Assembly (NCBI GenBank): GCA_964510635.1
Contig: CAZEBS010000001.1
Location: 38,350-102,349, forward strand
Origin: an uncultured Candidatus Bathyarchaeia archaeon
GTDB lineage: Archaea > Thermoproteota > Bathyarchaeia > Bathyarchaeales > Bathyarchaeaceae
Direction: 5' to 3'
Length of the DNA: 64,000 nucleotides
The notes beneath the pieces were generated by a model. That model searched no databases. It saw nothing but the letters and a program-made list of their open reading frames with translations, and was not told where the DNA came from. Positions 16,095 through 25,925 of this stretch are shown here, in pieces (positions within the stretch are counted from its first letter, which is position 1; the number at the start of each line of letters is the position of its first letter). The translations under genes were made by a program, and so were the position numbers.

Positions 16095-17267
16095 TTACGT
16101 GAATTCACTATTAGTTGAAAGTGTTTCTTCTATTAGTTCCCTTACTTGCTTTTCATACAATATTAATCCGAAATTTATGCAGATTTTCTTTAAGAAATTT
16201 TCAAGTATTGCTTTTGGTGTAGAAAGGTCATCATAAAGAATGTCCTCATCTACCATAATCTTGTTGCTTGTGTATTGATAATCGTCGTCAAAATGATATT
16301 TTTTCAATGAAAGAATTAGATTCTTATCTGACATTAAAGTTAAGCCAACACTTAATTCTCCAAAAAAACCAAATTTATCATAAATTTTTTTGGCATTCAT
16401 CAGAACGTTAGTAATGAAGGTGATAGTTTTCAGGGGATTGTATTTGTTACCTGTAACATTTGCTGCATGCTGAAAATAAATTTCCCCATTTCTGTTTATC
16501 CCACAATAGCGAGTTATTTTTTTTGTCTGCTGATTTTTACTGAAAAATTTCAATTCCCATGGTTTAGGAGACTGTTCATGTAATGTCATCACTTCATTTG
16601 TGATTTGAAGAAGCCAGTTGCTAGTTTCTTTATTATAGAAATCTATAATTGGTTCTATTTGTCGAAATTTAGGTGTTATTTTTACTGTCTCGATTGCTAC
16701 AGAGTCAACATCAATTATTTTTCCGTCATAAAACGGATAACTTTCGGAATCGATAGCTCCGAAATTCTTTCTTCTCTCAATCAAATTTTCTATTGTTCGC
16801 AAATCTGCTAAAGCGTTTCTACAATGAACTCGAATTGGTATCTCGTTAGTACTCAGTAAATAGTGCGGGGCAATGTAACTTGCTCGAACCCGAATGAATA
16901 GAATTGCTCGATCACTTTCAGTTATTTTTGGGTCAGACTTGAAATCAACCACTTTGACTTCGGGGGTTATAGATGGAGAAATGTGGCTCAAACATAGGTT
17001 AATAATTTTTTCTTCTAATCCACCTTTTAATTCGACGCCTGTAACATTTTTTGGTTTGTTGTATTTTTTGTCAGCTTCAACACCTATCAAAATTAGTCCC
17101 CCTTGTGTATTAGCAAATGCACAAACGGTTTCAGCTAATTTTAAATTTCTAGGAAACTCTTTTTTGTATTCTATTCTGAGTCCTTCAGAAAAACCTTGAT
17201 TACAAAAAGATAGAACGGTATTAATATCGAGTTGTGAAAGAGCGATAGTAAAAAGCGAAGATATCAA
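16095..17267 (-). CDS. AlbA_2 (Schlafen-like, divergent AAA) domain protein
   Basis: 390 aa. N-terminal EGLRIEYKKEF...LAETVCAFANTQGGLILIGV is the AlbA_2 signature. The C-terminal ~230 aa were not identified. Confidence 0.65.
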   Translation of the reverse strand: MISSLFTIALSQLDINTVLSFCNQGFSEGLRIEYKKEFPRNLKLAETVCAFANTQGGLILIGVEADKKYNKPKNVTGVELKGGLEEKIINLCLSHISPSITPEVKVVDFKSDPKITESDRAILFIRVRASYIAPHYLLSTNEIPIRVHCRNALADLRTIENLIERRKNFGAIDSESYPFYDGKIIDVDSVAIETVKITPKFRQIEPIIDFYNKETSNWLLQITNEVMTLHEQSPKPWELKFFSKNQQTKKITRYCGINRNGEIYFQHAANVTGNKYNPLKTITFITNVLMNAKKIYDKFGFFGELSVGLTLMSDKNLILSLKKYHFDDDYQYTSNKIMVDEDILYDDLSTPKAILENFLKKICINFGLILYEKQVRELIEETLSTNSEFT

Positions 17268-17595
17268 ATATGTTCACCATTATTTCTTATGCAATAGAAC
17301 TATAAATTTCTCATCTTCTCGAATGTTTTTTGTGCGTGTGTGTTTTGTGGGTGTTTTTTGCCTTGTTGCAATCATTCAATTATTAGTTGTTCAGAAACTG
17401 AACAAAAACTCAATTCTAATGAATATTATTTCAACCTAGGTTTAAAGTTGAAAAATATATAATTTCCAAAAAGGAAATATGGGCAATCGAATCCGAATAG
17501 AAAGAGACAACCAATTGATTATATGATACCATCTATCTTTCTTTGAGGTTAAGACATGAACAGTCTTCTCTAACTTTCTGTTGGTGTTTTTGTTG

Positions 17596-18150
17596 TTAGC
17601 TTGGGTTGTTTATTGTTATGGTTGTTATGTTGGTCATGCTTATTCCGTGGTCGTCTACGACTGTTAGTCTGACTGTGTAGTTGCCAGCTATAGCATAGGT
17701 GTGCGTGATTATAGGGTCTTCCTCTTTGATGGTGTCTCCTTCTCCAAAATGCCAATTATAACTCACTATTGTTCCGTCTGGGTCTTCGCTTGCTGTTGCA
17801 TTAAACGTTATTGCCTGCCCAACAACAAGAGGCTCATCTGGAGCATCAGGATTTATTGCAAACTCTGGAACAGGCGGCGCAAGCAACGGAGTCGTAAACA
17901 GAACCCAGCAGAAGACAAAAACAAAGAAATAGATGCCTATTCCCATCGTCAAAATTTTGGTCGGCTTCTCCACCTTATTCGTGAACTGCATCTTAAGCAG
18001 ATAATAAGTAAGAAGGTAAACCGCCAACGCAATCGTTATTCCGTTGATAAGAGGGTCACCTGCTTTAAGGTCTATCACCAAGGTGGCTAATAGGGCAGCT
18101 AAGGCACCCAAGCCGATTCTGATAATGTAAATAACATTCAACGTCTTCAA
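17596..18150 (-). CDS. membrane protein with extracellular PKD domain
   Basis: 184 aa with 3 TM helices, then ITFNATASEDPDGTIVSYNWHFGEGD...YTVRLTVVDDHG (PKD signature). Confidence 0.7.
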   Translation of the reverse strand: MKTLNVIYIIRIGLGALAALLATLVIDLKAGDPLINGITIALAVYLLTYYLLKMQFTNKVEKPTKILTMGIGIYFFVFVFCWVLFTTPLLAPPVPEFAINPDAPDEPLVVGQAITFNATASEDPDGTIVSYNWHFGEGDTIKEEDPIITHTYAIAGNYTVRLTVVDDHGISMTNITTITINNPS

Positions 18151-18350
18151 ATTGAATCCCGCATTTCAGTGAACATCATAACGTTTCAGTGGTCGTTTAT
18201 CTTACTTTCGCTTCCCCAAGCACCCACACAACAGAAACCCCCCACCGTTACTTAAACCCTCTCAAAAACAGACGCCTGAACCATCAATATTGAGCTGTGG
18301 TTCATAAACGCTATACACCTTTTAAGCAAAAACAAACCTCGGTGGATAAC

Positions 18351-18563
18351 ATGAAGGACCAAAAAACTCAAAGCAACGCATGGCGCCGAATACTAATCGT
18401 CGCTCTCCTGCCCCTCACCATCCTCTTCTGGATGACAGGATGGACATTCTACTGGCTAGGCGACCAAAAAACCCTAACAAGCGCAGCACAAAAAGAACCC
18501 ACAACTGCCTTCAAAAAAGAAACCCAAGAAAGAAAAGAAGCCCCACAACCAATCTTCACCTAA
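18351..18563 (+). CDS. small membrane protein
   Basis: ATG at 18351 preceded by GGTGG. One TM helix (ILIVALLPLTILFWMTGWTFYWL). Confidence 0.4.
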   Translation: MKDQKTQSNAWRRILIVALLPLTILFWMTGWTFYWLGDQKTLTSAAQKEPTTAFKKETQERKEAPQPIFT

Positions 18564-18684
18564 CCGTCTTCTCGTCTAGGGAACGGCACCCTTTTTATGC
18601 ACTAACACAAAACAGAATAAACATATGGAGAAGATTCTCCAAACCTAAACTGAAAAGCCGTTTCCTCGTCACCTGAAGGGAAAA

Positions 18685-20700
18685 ATGTTGAAGGAAGTAA
18701 TGACAAGCTTCGATATAGCCGCAGCCACCCACGAAATCAACAAACAAACCAAAGACGCCCACATCGCCAAAATCTACCAAATCGGCACCAAAACACTCCT
18801 TCTCAAACTACGAAAACCAAACCAGCCACGACTCCAACTCATCATCGAAGCAGGCAAACGCCTACACCTAACCTCCTACGCCCACGAAACCCCAACAACA
18901 CCCTCCACATTCTGCATGAGCCTCAGAAAACACCTCAACAACGCCATAATCAAAACAGTACAACAACACGAATTCGAACGCATAATCGTAACCACAATCA
19001 CCACAAGACAAGGCAACTATCAACTGGTCACAGAACTTTTCGGCGGAGGCAACATAATCCTCGTAAACCCAGAAAACAAAATACTTCAAGCAATGACCTA
19101 CAAAAGAATGCGAGACAGAAACATCCTACGAGGCGAAAACTTCCAGCATCCCCCAGCAAGAGGAAAAAACCCCCAAAACCTAACCCAAGAAGAATTCATG
19201 GAAATCAGAACCCTCAAAGAAACAGAAATAGTGAGGGCACTAACCAAATTCTTAAGCATCAGCGGAACCTACGCCGAAGAAATCCTACTCCGCGCAAAAA
19301 TAAACAAAAAAACTGCCTGCACATCCTTAACCAAACAAGAACTCGAAAGCATCTACAGCCAACTCCAAACCCTCCTCTCAGCCATCACCTCAGGAAACAT
19401 GAAACCCTGCATCATAAGCGACAAAAAAGACATGTGGATCGACGTAACTCCCCTGCCCCTCAAAAAACATGACGAGTTCAAACGAAAAGATTACAAGACC
19501 TTCAACAGCGCCCTCGACGACTACTACGCCAAACAGACAGACCTAGAGAAATTAGATGAAGCCACAGGCAACGTTGAAAACGAAGTCGCCCGACAAAAAC
19601 GAATCCTCCAAAAACAAGAAAAAACCCTAGAAGCCCTGAAAGAACCAATCACAAAAAACAAAACCATCGGAGACCTAATCTACCTCCACTTCGGAGACCT
19701 CCAAGCACTGCTCCAAAAAATCACGGAAAACAAAAACGGCGGCAAATCCTGGAAAGAAATAACCCAAACCCTAGAAAAAGGAAAACAAACCCAACTCCCT
19801 CCGGACATCTACTTCAAATCACTGGAACCCAAAAACCAGATTCTTCATGTCTCCTTAGACAACAAAGTTTTCTCCCTTAACCTCCGCCAATCCCTCCAAG
19901 CCAACGCCGACAACTACTACTCACGCTCCAAAAAGGCTGAAAAAAAACTTAGAGGCGCCGAAAAACAACTACAAGAAACCATAACAAAAATCGAAAAGGC
20001 AAAAAAGAAGGTCACATTGGCAAAAGCCACCCAACAGCCCCTCGCCAAACGACGAAAAAAGGAATGGTTCGAAAAATTCAGGTGGTTCCACTCATCAGAC
20101 GGCTTCCTCGTGATAGGCGGCAGAGACGCCACAACAAACGAAATCATAATCAAAAAACACATGGAACCCCACGACATAGTTTTCCACGCCGAAATCGTAG
20201 GCGCCCCCTTCGTCCTCATAAAAACAGAAGGAAAAACCGCCCCAGAACAAACCATCAACGAAGCAGCCCAACTCGCCGCATCCTACTCAAAAGCATGGAA
20301 AGAAATGCTAACCTCAGTCAACGTCTACTGGATAAACCCACGTCAGGTAAGCAAAACCCCCCCCTCTGGCCAGTTCCTCAAAAAAGGCTCCTTCATGATT
20401 CGGGGCACCAAAAACTTTGTCCGCAACGTTCCTTTACGAATTGCTGTTGGCGTAAAAATTGCAGAAAACGAAATAATGATTATTGGGGGACCAGTGCATG
20501 CTATCGCAAACCAAACAAAAATTTACATGGAAATTGTTCCAGGAGAACAGAAAAGCAGCCAACTCGCCAAAAAAGTGAGACACAGTTTATCCAAAAAAGT
20601 TTCGGAAGACTTGACAAAAACTGTAACAGGAATCCCTCTAGAGGAATTTCAACGTGTCATTCCTTTAGGCAGAGGAAAAATTGCCCAAAGTCGCCGCTAG
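18685..20700 (+). CDS. rqcH: NFACT-family ribosome quality control protein (RqcH/Rqc2 homolog; FbpA N-terminal + DUF814)
   Basis: 671 aa. The N-terminus has an NFACT-N-like organisation, the middle is coiled-coil, and WFHSSDGFLVIGGRDATTNEIIIKKH...DIVFHAEIVGAPFVLIK is the NFACT-R/DUF814 signature. Confidence 0.8.
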   Translation: MLKEVMTSFDIAAATHEINKQTKDAHIAKIYQIGTKTLLLKLRKPNQPRLQLIIEAGKRLHLTSYAHETPTTPSTFCMSLRKHLNNAIIKTVQQHEFERIIVTTITTRQGNYQLVTELFGGGNIILVNPENKILQAMTYKRMRDRNILRGENFQHPPARGKNPQNLTQEEFMEIRTLKETEIVRALTKFLSISGTYAEEILLRAKINKKTACTSLTKQELESIYSQLQTLLSAITSGNMKPCIISDKKDMWIDVTPLPLKKHDEFKRKDYKTFNSALDDYYAKQTDLEKLDEATGNVENEVARQKRILQKQEKTLEALKEPITKNKTIGDLIYLHFGDLQALLQKITENKNGGKSWKEITQTLEKGKQTQLPPDIYFKSLEPKNQILHVSLDNKVFSLNLRQSLQANADNYYSRSKKAEKKLRGAEKQLQETITKIEKAKKKVTLAKATQQPLAKRRKKEWFEKFRWFHSSDGFLVIGGRDATTNEIIIKKHMEPHDIVFHAEIVGAPFVLIKTEGKTAPEQTINEAAQLAASYSKAWKEMLTSVNVYWINPRQVSKTPPSGQFLKKGSFMIRGTKNFVRNVPLRIAVGVKIAENEIMIIGGPVHAIANQTKIYMEIVPGEQKSSQLAKKVRHSLSKKVSEDLTKTVTGIPLEEFQRVIPLGRGKIAQSRR

Positions 20701-20764
20701 AAAAAAGACCGTCACTACAAAAATTCTAGAAATCCTGAATCAAAGGAAAAAAGAGGGTGTGCAG

Positions 20765-21052
20765 TTATTTTTTGTTCTTCTTGACGTAGCAGTCCCAGCA
20801 GAGTATTTCGCAGTTTTCTTGTGTTGGTTTGCCGCCGTCTTCTGGCTTCACTATCCAGTGTGCTTCCCAGCCTTTTTCACCGTCAGCTGCTATGAATGAT
20901 TGTCCTCTTTTGCTCCAGTCTAGTACTCTCATGCACATTGAATTGTATTTATGTCCGTGTTCTACCAGCAGGCATTCACATCTGCCGTCTGAAGCGCCGA
21001 ACGCTTTCTTTACAACTTCCTCTGGAAATTCAACCATTTCCTGTTCCTCCAA
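20765..21052 (-). CDS. small Cys/His-rich protein, HNH-nuclease-like motif
   Basis: 95 aa. RCEC...HGH...EAHWIVKPEDGGKPTQENCEILCWDCY resembles the HNH pattern (H..GG...N...LC..C). Confidence 0.45.
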   Translation of the reverse strand: MEEQEMVEFPEEVVKKAFGASDGRCECLLVEHGHKYNSMCMRVLDWSKRGQSFIAADGEKGWEAHWIVKPEDGGKPTQENCEILCWDCYVKKNKK

Positions 21053-21176
21053 TAAAGTTACAGCTTTTATTCGAATTTTCTCTTTTAAACCTTATTGTGA
21101 AACTGCCCATTTTCACATGTTGCTGATGTTCGGCTGATTCTTCAATTGAAGTCTAGGCATGTGCCCTGAGAAGGAG

Positions 21177-22712
21177 CTAAAAACCGTAAAGCCTCGAATA
21201 TTTCTTGTTGATGTAGCCGAGGTACGGATCGACAGAAAGCTCTTTTCCGGTGATTGCTTTCATGAGGTCAGGCGGGTTGTAGAGGTTTCCGTGGCTGTGA
21301 ACGTTCTTAACCAGCCACTCCTTAACTTCTCTGAAGTTGCCATTAGTTATCTGTTGTCTCCAATCCACAACATCTTTGTCAAGTGTGGCTAATAGTTGTC
21401 CGCTGTAGATGTTTCCCAGAGCATACGTTGGGAAGTAGCCGTATAATCCGCTCGCCCAATGAGTGTCCTGCATCACACCCTCTGAATCGTCTTTAACAGT
21501 TACGCCCAGATACTCCCTGTATTTTTCGTTCCAGACTTGAGGAAGCTCATCTATGGCGATTTTTCCTGCGAAAATGTCTCTTTCAAGATTGAACCGTATG
21601 ATAACATGGAGTCCATACGTAACTTCGTCTGCTTCAACCCGAATCTTTGATGGTGTAACCATGTTGATTGCATGAACAAAATCATCCAAATCCACATCAG
21701 AGAACATGTTGCCTGTAAGCATCTTCAGTTTAGGTAAGAAATATGTCCAGAACTCGCGGGACCTTCCCACAATGTTTTCTACGAAACGAGACTGAGACTC
21801 ACTAATGCCCATAGAGCAGGATTCTCCAACAGGCTGAAACATCCATTCCCGCTTCAGGTTCTGCACGTACAGTGCGTGACCTCCTTCGTGGAGAACAGAA
21901 AAGATGGAGGAAGCGAACCTCTTTGGGTAGTAGTGGGTTGTGATTCGCACGTCGTCGTAGTATCCTGTTGTGAAGGGGTGCTCAGTTTCGTCAATTCTGC
22001 CTCCTGAAGTGGCTGATGTTGTGTCGTAGCCGATGAAATCCGCAAGTAATCTACCAAGTTTCTGCTGGGTTTCTGTGGCCAGTGGACGCTTGAGGATTGA
22101 TGGGTTCGGCTGTTTCTGTGCTGCTTCACATTTCCTTAAAACAGCTATCAAGCCTTCCCGTAGTTCTTTGAAGACTTTGCTGGTGGCTTCTGTGGTCATT
22201 TTTGGTTCGTAAATGTCTATCATGGCATCGTAGGGTGTGGCTGTTTCTTTTACTTCCATCAAGATTTCAGCCGCCCTCTTCTTTAGGTTGAAGAGTTTTT
22301 CTAGTTCGGGCTTGAATTTGCTGAAATTTTTTGCGGCTTTTGCCTTTTTCCATGTGTCGATGGTTATGATTTTCTGTTTTGAGGTTTCGACGACCAGCTC
22401 TTCGGGGAGCTTTGTCTGCTCGTCGTAGTGTTTCTTTATGAGATACAGGTTTCGTTTTTGGACAGGATCTAGGCTGCCGTATTCTGGATGTTTCATGCTT
22501 TCCTCCAGCAGCCGTCCAATCTCAAGGTCAGTGCTCATTTTATGTCCAATTCTGCTAAGCATAGCCAGCTGTAGGCTCCGCAGTTTGATTCCACGGGGAG
22601 GCATCTTTGTTTCCATGTCCCAGTGGAGAATCGCAGCTGCTGAACCGAGAATAACCATATTTTTTGTTTTTTCCAGCAGCTTCTTGTAACCTGAAAGTAA
22701 TGTTTTGGTCAT
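21177..22712 (-). CDS. M32 carboxypeptidase (Taq-type metallocarboxypeptidase)
   Basis: 511 aa. HEGGHALY is the HExxH motif. IRVEADEVTY and GNIYSGQL blocks are typical of M32. Confidence 0.85.
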   Translation of the reverse strand: MTKTLLSGYKKLLEKTKNMVILGSAAAILHWDMETKMPPRGIKLRSLQLAMLSRIGHKMSTDLEIGRLLEESMKHPEYGSLDPVQKRNLYLIKKHYDEQTKLPEELVVETSKQKIITIDTWKKAKAAKNFSKFKPELEKLFNLKKRAAEILMEVKETATPYDAMIDIYEPKMTTEATSKVFKELREGLIAVLRKCEAAQKQPNPSILKRPLATETQQKLGRLLADFIGYDTTSATSGGRIDETEHPFTTGYYDDVRITTHYYPKRFASSIFSVLHEGGHALYVQNLKREWMFQPVGESCSMGISESQSRFVENIVGRSREFWTYFLPKLKMLTGNMFSDVDLDDFVHAINMVTPSKIRVEADEVTYGLHVIIRFNLERDIFAGKIAIDELPQVWNEKYREYLGVTVKDDSEGVMQDTHWASGLYGYFPTYALGNIYSGQLLATLDKDVVDWRQQITNGNFREVKEWLVKNVHSHGNLYNPPDLMKAITGKELSVDPYLGYINKKYSRLYGF

Positions 22713-23081
22713 CCTTTAATCGACTTCCTGCAGTAAGCACTTGTTTACAGGATATGTGACATAGGTAAGTTTATTCAAAAATCTTTTGCCGAATCGTCGG
22801 TTCGCTCCCGTATGTACGTAGGAGGATTCGAAAGTACAAACTAGAACATTTCATGATGTCAGAAGGCTGTGAGATACCGACAATTGAAAGAATAATTCAA
22901 AAACACAGGTTCACTATGAGTTTACTTCATTGGCTTAGTGTTTGGGGTTAAAGTTTAGCCGTTATTTTTATTTAGTTTCTGATTTTTTAATAACCTACAC
23001 TTCAGATTCTGAATCCGAAAATCATTATTATCAAAGTGAATTAAACAAGAAGTTATAATCTGTTGTAGTTTCAAAGGAAAT

Positions 23082-25754
23082 TTGAAAGTGCTTGAGGAAA
23101 ACTTGAGTAATTCCAACGAATTCTACTTTCCAATTCAAGTCTTACACGTAGATGACGAAATTCATTTTTTACAAACTTCAAAAGCAATACTGGAAATGAA
23201 TAACGGAATTGAAGTTACTACCGCGCACTCGGTCAAAAAAGCTATTGACCTTATCAATTCCCAAGATTTTGATGTGATAATTTCTGATTATCAGATGCCA
23301 GAAAAAGACGGACTGCAATTCTTGAAGGAGTTAAGAAAAAAAGGTAGCAGCACACCCTTCATCTTGTTCACTGGAAAAGGCAGAGAAGAAGTAGCAATCA
23401 AAGCCTTGAATCTTGGCGCTGATAGATACTTCAACAAAATTGGCAAACCAGAAACAGTCTATGGTGAACTTGCACATACACTAAAAGAAGTTGTCAAACG
23501 TGAGCGTGAAAAAGCAGCCTTAATTGAAAGCGAAGAAAAGTTTAGATTAATCTGTGAATCCTCTGAAGACCTAATAGCGATTACTGATTTCAATGCAAAG
23601 CCACTTTGGGCTAATAGAGCTTGGGTGAATAAATTTGGGAAAGTTTCAGAATTTAACATCGATCCACTTGAGATGGTTCATCCAGAGGACAAAGATAGGA
23701 TCCGCAAAGTTTTTACTGAATTCCTTTCTGGGGATAAAAAGAGGGCGTATTTCGAGCATAAATACCTGCTTGTTTCTGGAGAATGTTTGGATATTCAGAG
23801 TTTAGTAAGCAAATTGGAAATCAACAAAACGTGCCTTCTTGTTGTTGTTGCCAAAGACGTCACTCAACAAAAGACCAATGAGAAAAGACTTAAAGACAGT
23901 GAGGAAAGATTCAGAACCTATATCGAAAATTCTCCAACAGCAGTTTTTGTAGCCAATCAAAAAGCGGAATATGAATATGTGAATGAAGCTGCTTCAAAGT
24001 TACTTGGCTACTCGAAAAAAGAATTATTAACTATGTCAATCCCACATACTCTTTTCGGGTCTGGGCGAAAAAGAATCCCTGGATTTGCTAAACTAATAAA
24101 AGATGGCAGCTTTAGGGCAGAAGTTAAACTGAAACATAAAAACGGAGAACCAGTTTACATCAAGTTAAATGCTGTCAAACTCCCAAATGGAAGACTGATT
24201 GGATTCTGCGAAAACGTTACTAAACGTATGCAAGTGGAAAAACAATTGATGTTATCTGAGCTTCTGTATCGGATGCAGTTTGAAGAAGCGCTAGACGCAA
24301 TTTTCTTAGCGGATGCTGAAACAGGGATAATAATCAACTGCAACGAAGCAGCAACAAAATTGGCTGATAGGAAGAAACCAGAATTAATTGGTAAACATCA
24401 AAGAATTCTTCATCCTCCTACTAAAATCCATGTAGGATTCAGCAAGACCTTCAAAGAATTTCTTGATGGAAAGGAAGGCCAAATTCTTGAAGACCAAGTT
24501 ATTACTAAAAGTGGAGAAATCAAGGATGTGGAAATCAAAGCCAACATCCTTAGATATGCAAACAAAAAAATCATTCAAGGGATATTCCGAGATATAACAA
24601 AAAAGAAGATTGCATATACTAACCTTCTTGACCATAGAAAATTCTTAGACGCTATTTTTGAACAAAACCCTTATCCTATGTGGATTTCCGATGAAAATGG
24701 AACCTTAATCAAAATCAATGAAGCATTATTGAAGATGCTCAAATTGAAAAGAAGTGACGTTGAGAATAAATATAATGTTTTGAAAGATTCTCAAGTGATA
24801 GCTCAGGGACTTTTACCTCAGATAAAGGAAGCATTTAATGGGAAGACTGTTACCTTTCGACTTGATTATGATACCGCTGAGGTAAAACAACTGGCGTTGT
24901 CTGATAAAAGTTCAAGAAAACAACTGGAAACAACGATCACTCCTGTTCTAGATCAGAACAAGAAACTTAGAAATTTGATATGTGTTCATAGAGACGTCAC
25001 AAAAGAGATTGAATTTCAGAATAAACTAAATGACAGTTTCGAAGAATTAGCTTTGGTTAATGAAAAGTTGGGTGTTGTTGGTAAGTTTGTCCGTCATGAT
25101 GTTCGCAACAAATTAGCTTCAATAGCTAATAACATATATTTAGCAAAGCAGAACTTGCAGGTTGACAGCAAAAGTGTAGAGTTTTTAGAAAAAACTGAAA
25201 AAGCCTTTGACGAGATCGACCGTATTTTTAATTTTGCTCATGCTTATGAGCAGCTTGGTATTGAAGAGTTGACGGAAGTTGACGTTGGCCAAAGTTTTGA
25301 TGAAGCAGGGACTCTTCACGGAGAATTGGATGAGATTATAGTTGAGAACAAATGTAAAGGCGTGAAGGTGAAAGCAGATTCGTTGCTTAGAACTTTGTTT
25401 TATAACTTAATTGATAACAGTTTGAGACATGGAAAAAAGGTTACCAAGATCAGCTTAGCTTGTAGAAGCAACAAAAACAACCTGTTTTTGGTTTACGAAG
25501 ACAATGGTTTGGGTATTCCAGAAAAAGAGAAGAATATGATCTTCAAGTCTGATTTCGGCAAAGGAACTGGAATGGGATTAAGCCTGATAAAAGCAATGTG
25601 TAAATTCTACGGGTGGACAATAAGCGAAACAGGGACAGAAGGAAAAGGCGCCAAATTCCTCATTTCAATTCCAAAAGGTAAGCAATTAAGAAATATGTTA
25701 TGTGCGGAAAATGATAAAGCAGTTCCTCATTTGATGATGAGTCAGGTTTTCTAG
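23082..25754 (+). CDS. hybrid response-regulator receiver / multi-PAS sensor histidine kinase
   Basis: 890 aa. N-terminal REC domain (VLHVDDE...DVIISDYQMPEKDG...K). Several PAS-like repeats. C-terminal HATPase_c motifs (NLIDNSLRHG, EDNGLGIP, GTGMGLSL). Confidence 0.85.
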   Translation: MKVLEENLSNSNEFYFPIQVLHVDDEIHFLQTSKAILEMNNGIEVTTAHSVKKAIDLINSQDFDVIISDYQMPEKDGLQFLKELRKKGSSTPFILFTGKGREEVAIKALNLGADRYFNKIGKPETVYGELAHTLKEVVKREREKAALIESEEKFRLICESSEDLIAITDFNAKPLWANRAWVNKFGKVSEFNIDPLEMVHPEDKDRIRKVFTEFLSGDKKRAYFEHKYLLVSGECLDIQSLVSKLEINKTCLLVVVAKDVTQQKTNEKRLKDSEERFRTYIENSPTAVFVANQKAEYEYVNEAASKLLGYSKKELLTMSIPHTLFGSGRKRIPGFAKLIKDGSFRAEVKLKHKNGEPVYIKLNAVKLPNGRLIGFCENVTKRMQVEKQLMLSELLYRMQFEEALDAIFLADAETGIIINCNEAATKLADRKKPELIGKHQRILHPPTKIHVGFSKTFKEFLDGKEGQILEDQVITKSGEIKDVEIKANILRYANKKIIQGIFRDITKKKIAYTNLLDHRKFLDAIFEQNPYPMWISDENGTLIKINEALLKMLKLKRSDVENKYNVLKDSQVIAQGLLPQIKEAFNGKTVTFRLDYDTAEVKQLALSDKSSRKQLETTITPVLDQNKKLRNLICVHRDVTKEIEFQNKLNDSFEELALVNEKLGVVGKFVRHDVRNKLASIANNIYLAKQNLQVDSKSVEFLEKTEKAFDEIDRIFNFAHAYEQLGIEELTEVDVGQSFDEAGTLHGELDEIIVENKCKGVKVKADSLLRTLFYNLIDNSLRHGKKVTKISLACRSNKNNLFLVYEDNGLGIPEKEKNMIFKSDFGKGTGMGLSLIKAMCKFYGWTISETGTEGKGAKFLISIPKGKQLRNMLCAENDKAVPHLMMSQVF

Positions 25755-25925
25755 AAATTACGAAAGTATGTTTGATGTTAAGAAGCAATTATGATTCTGA
25801 TTTGGTTTTTTCTGCAGGGACTTATTAGATTTGTCTTTGTTATGGTATCCTGTTATTGTCCTTTTAGGCGGGAATCACTTAATACCTCATCTTTCCGTTA
25901 AATGCAGTAGATAACTGACAGGAAG

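Noticed and set aside
20064-20729. 221-aa ORF overlapping the 3' part of rqcH
   Set aside because: A shadow ORF with the same compositional cause. Its R/K/N/P-rich sequence has no motif, whereas the rqcH frame has the NFACT-R signature here.
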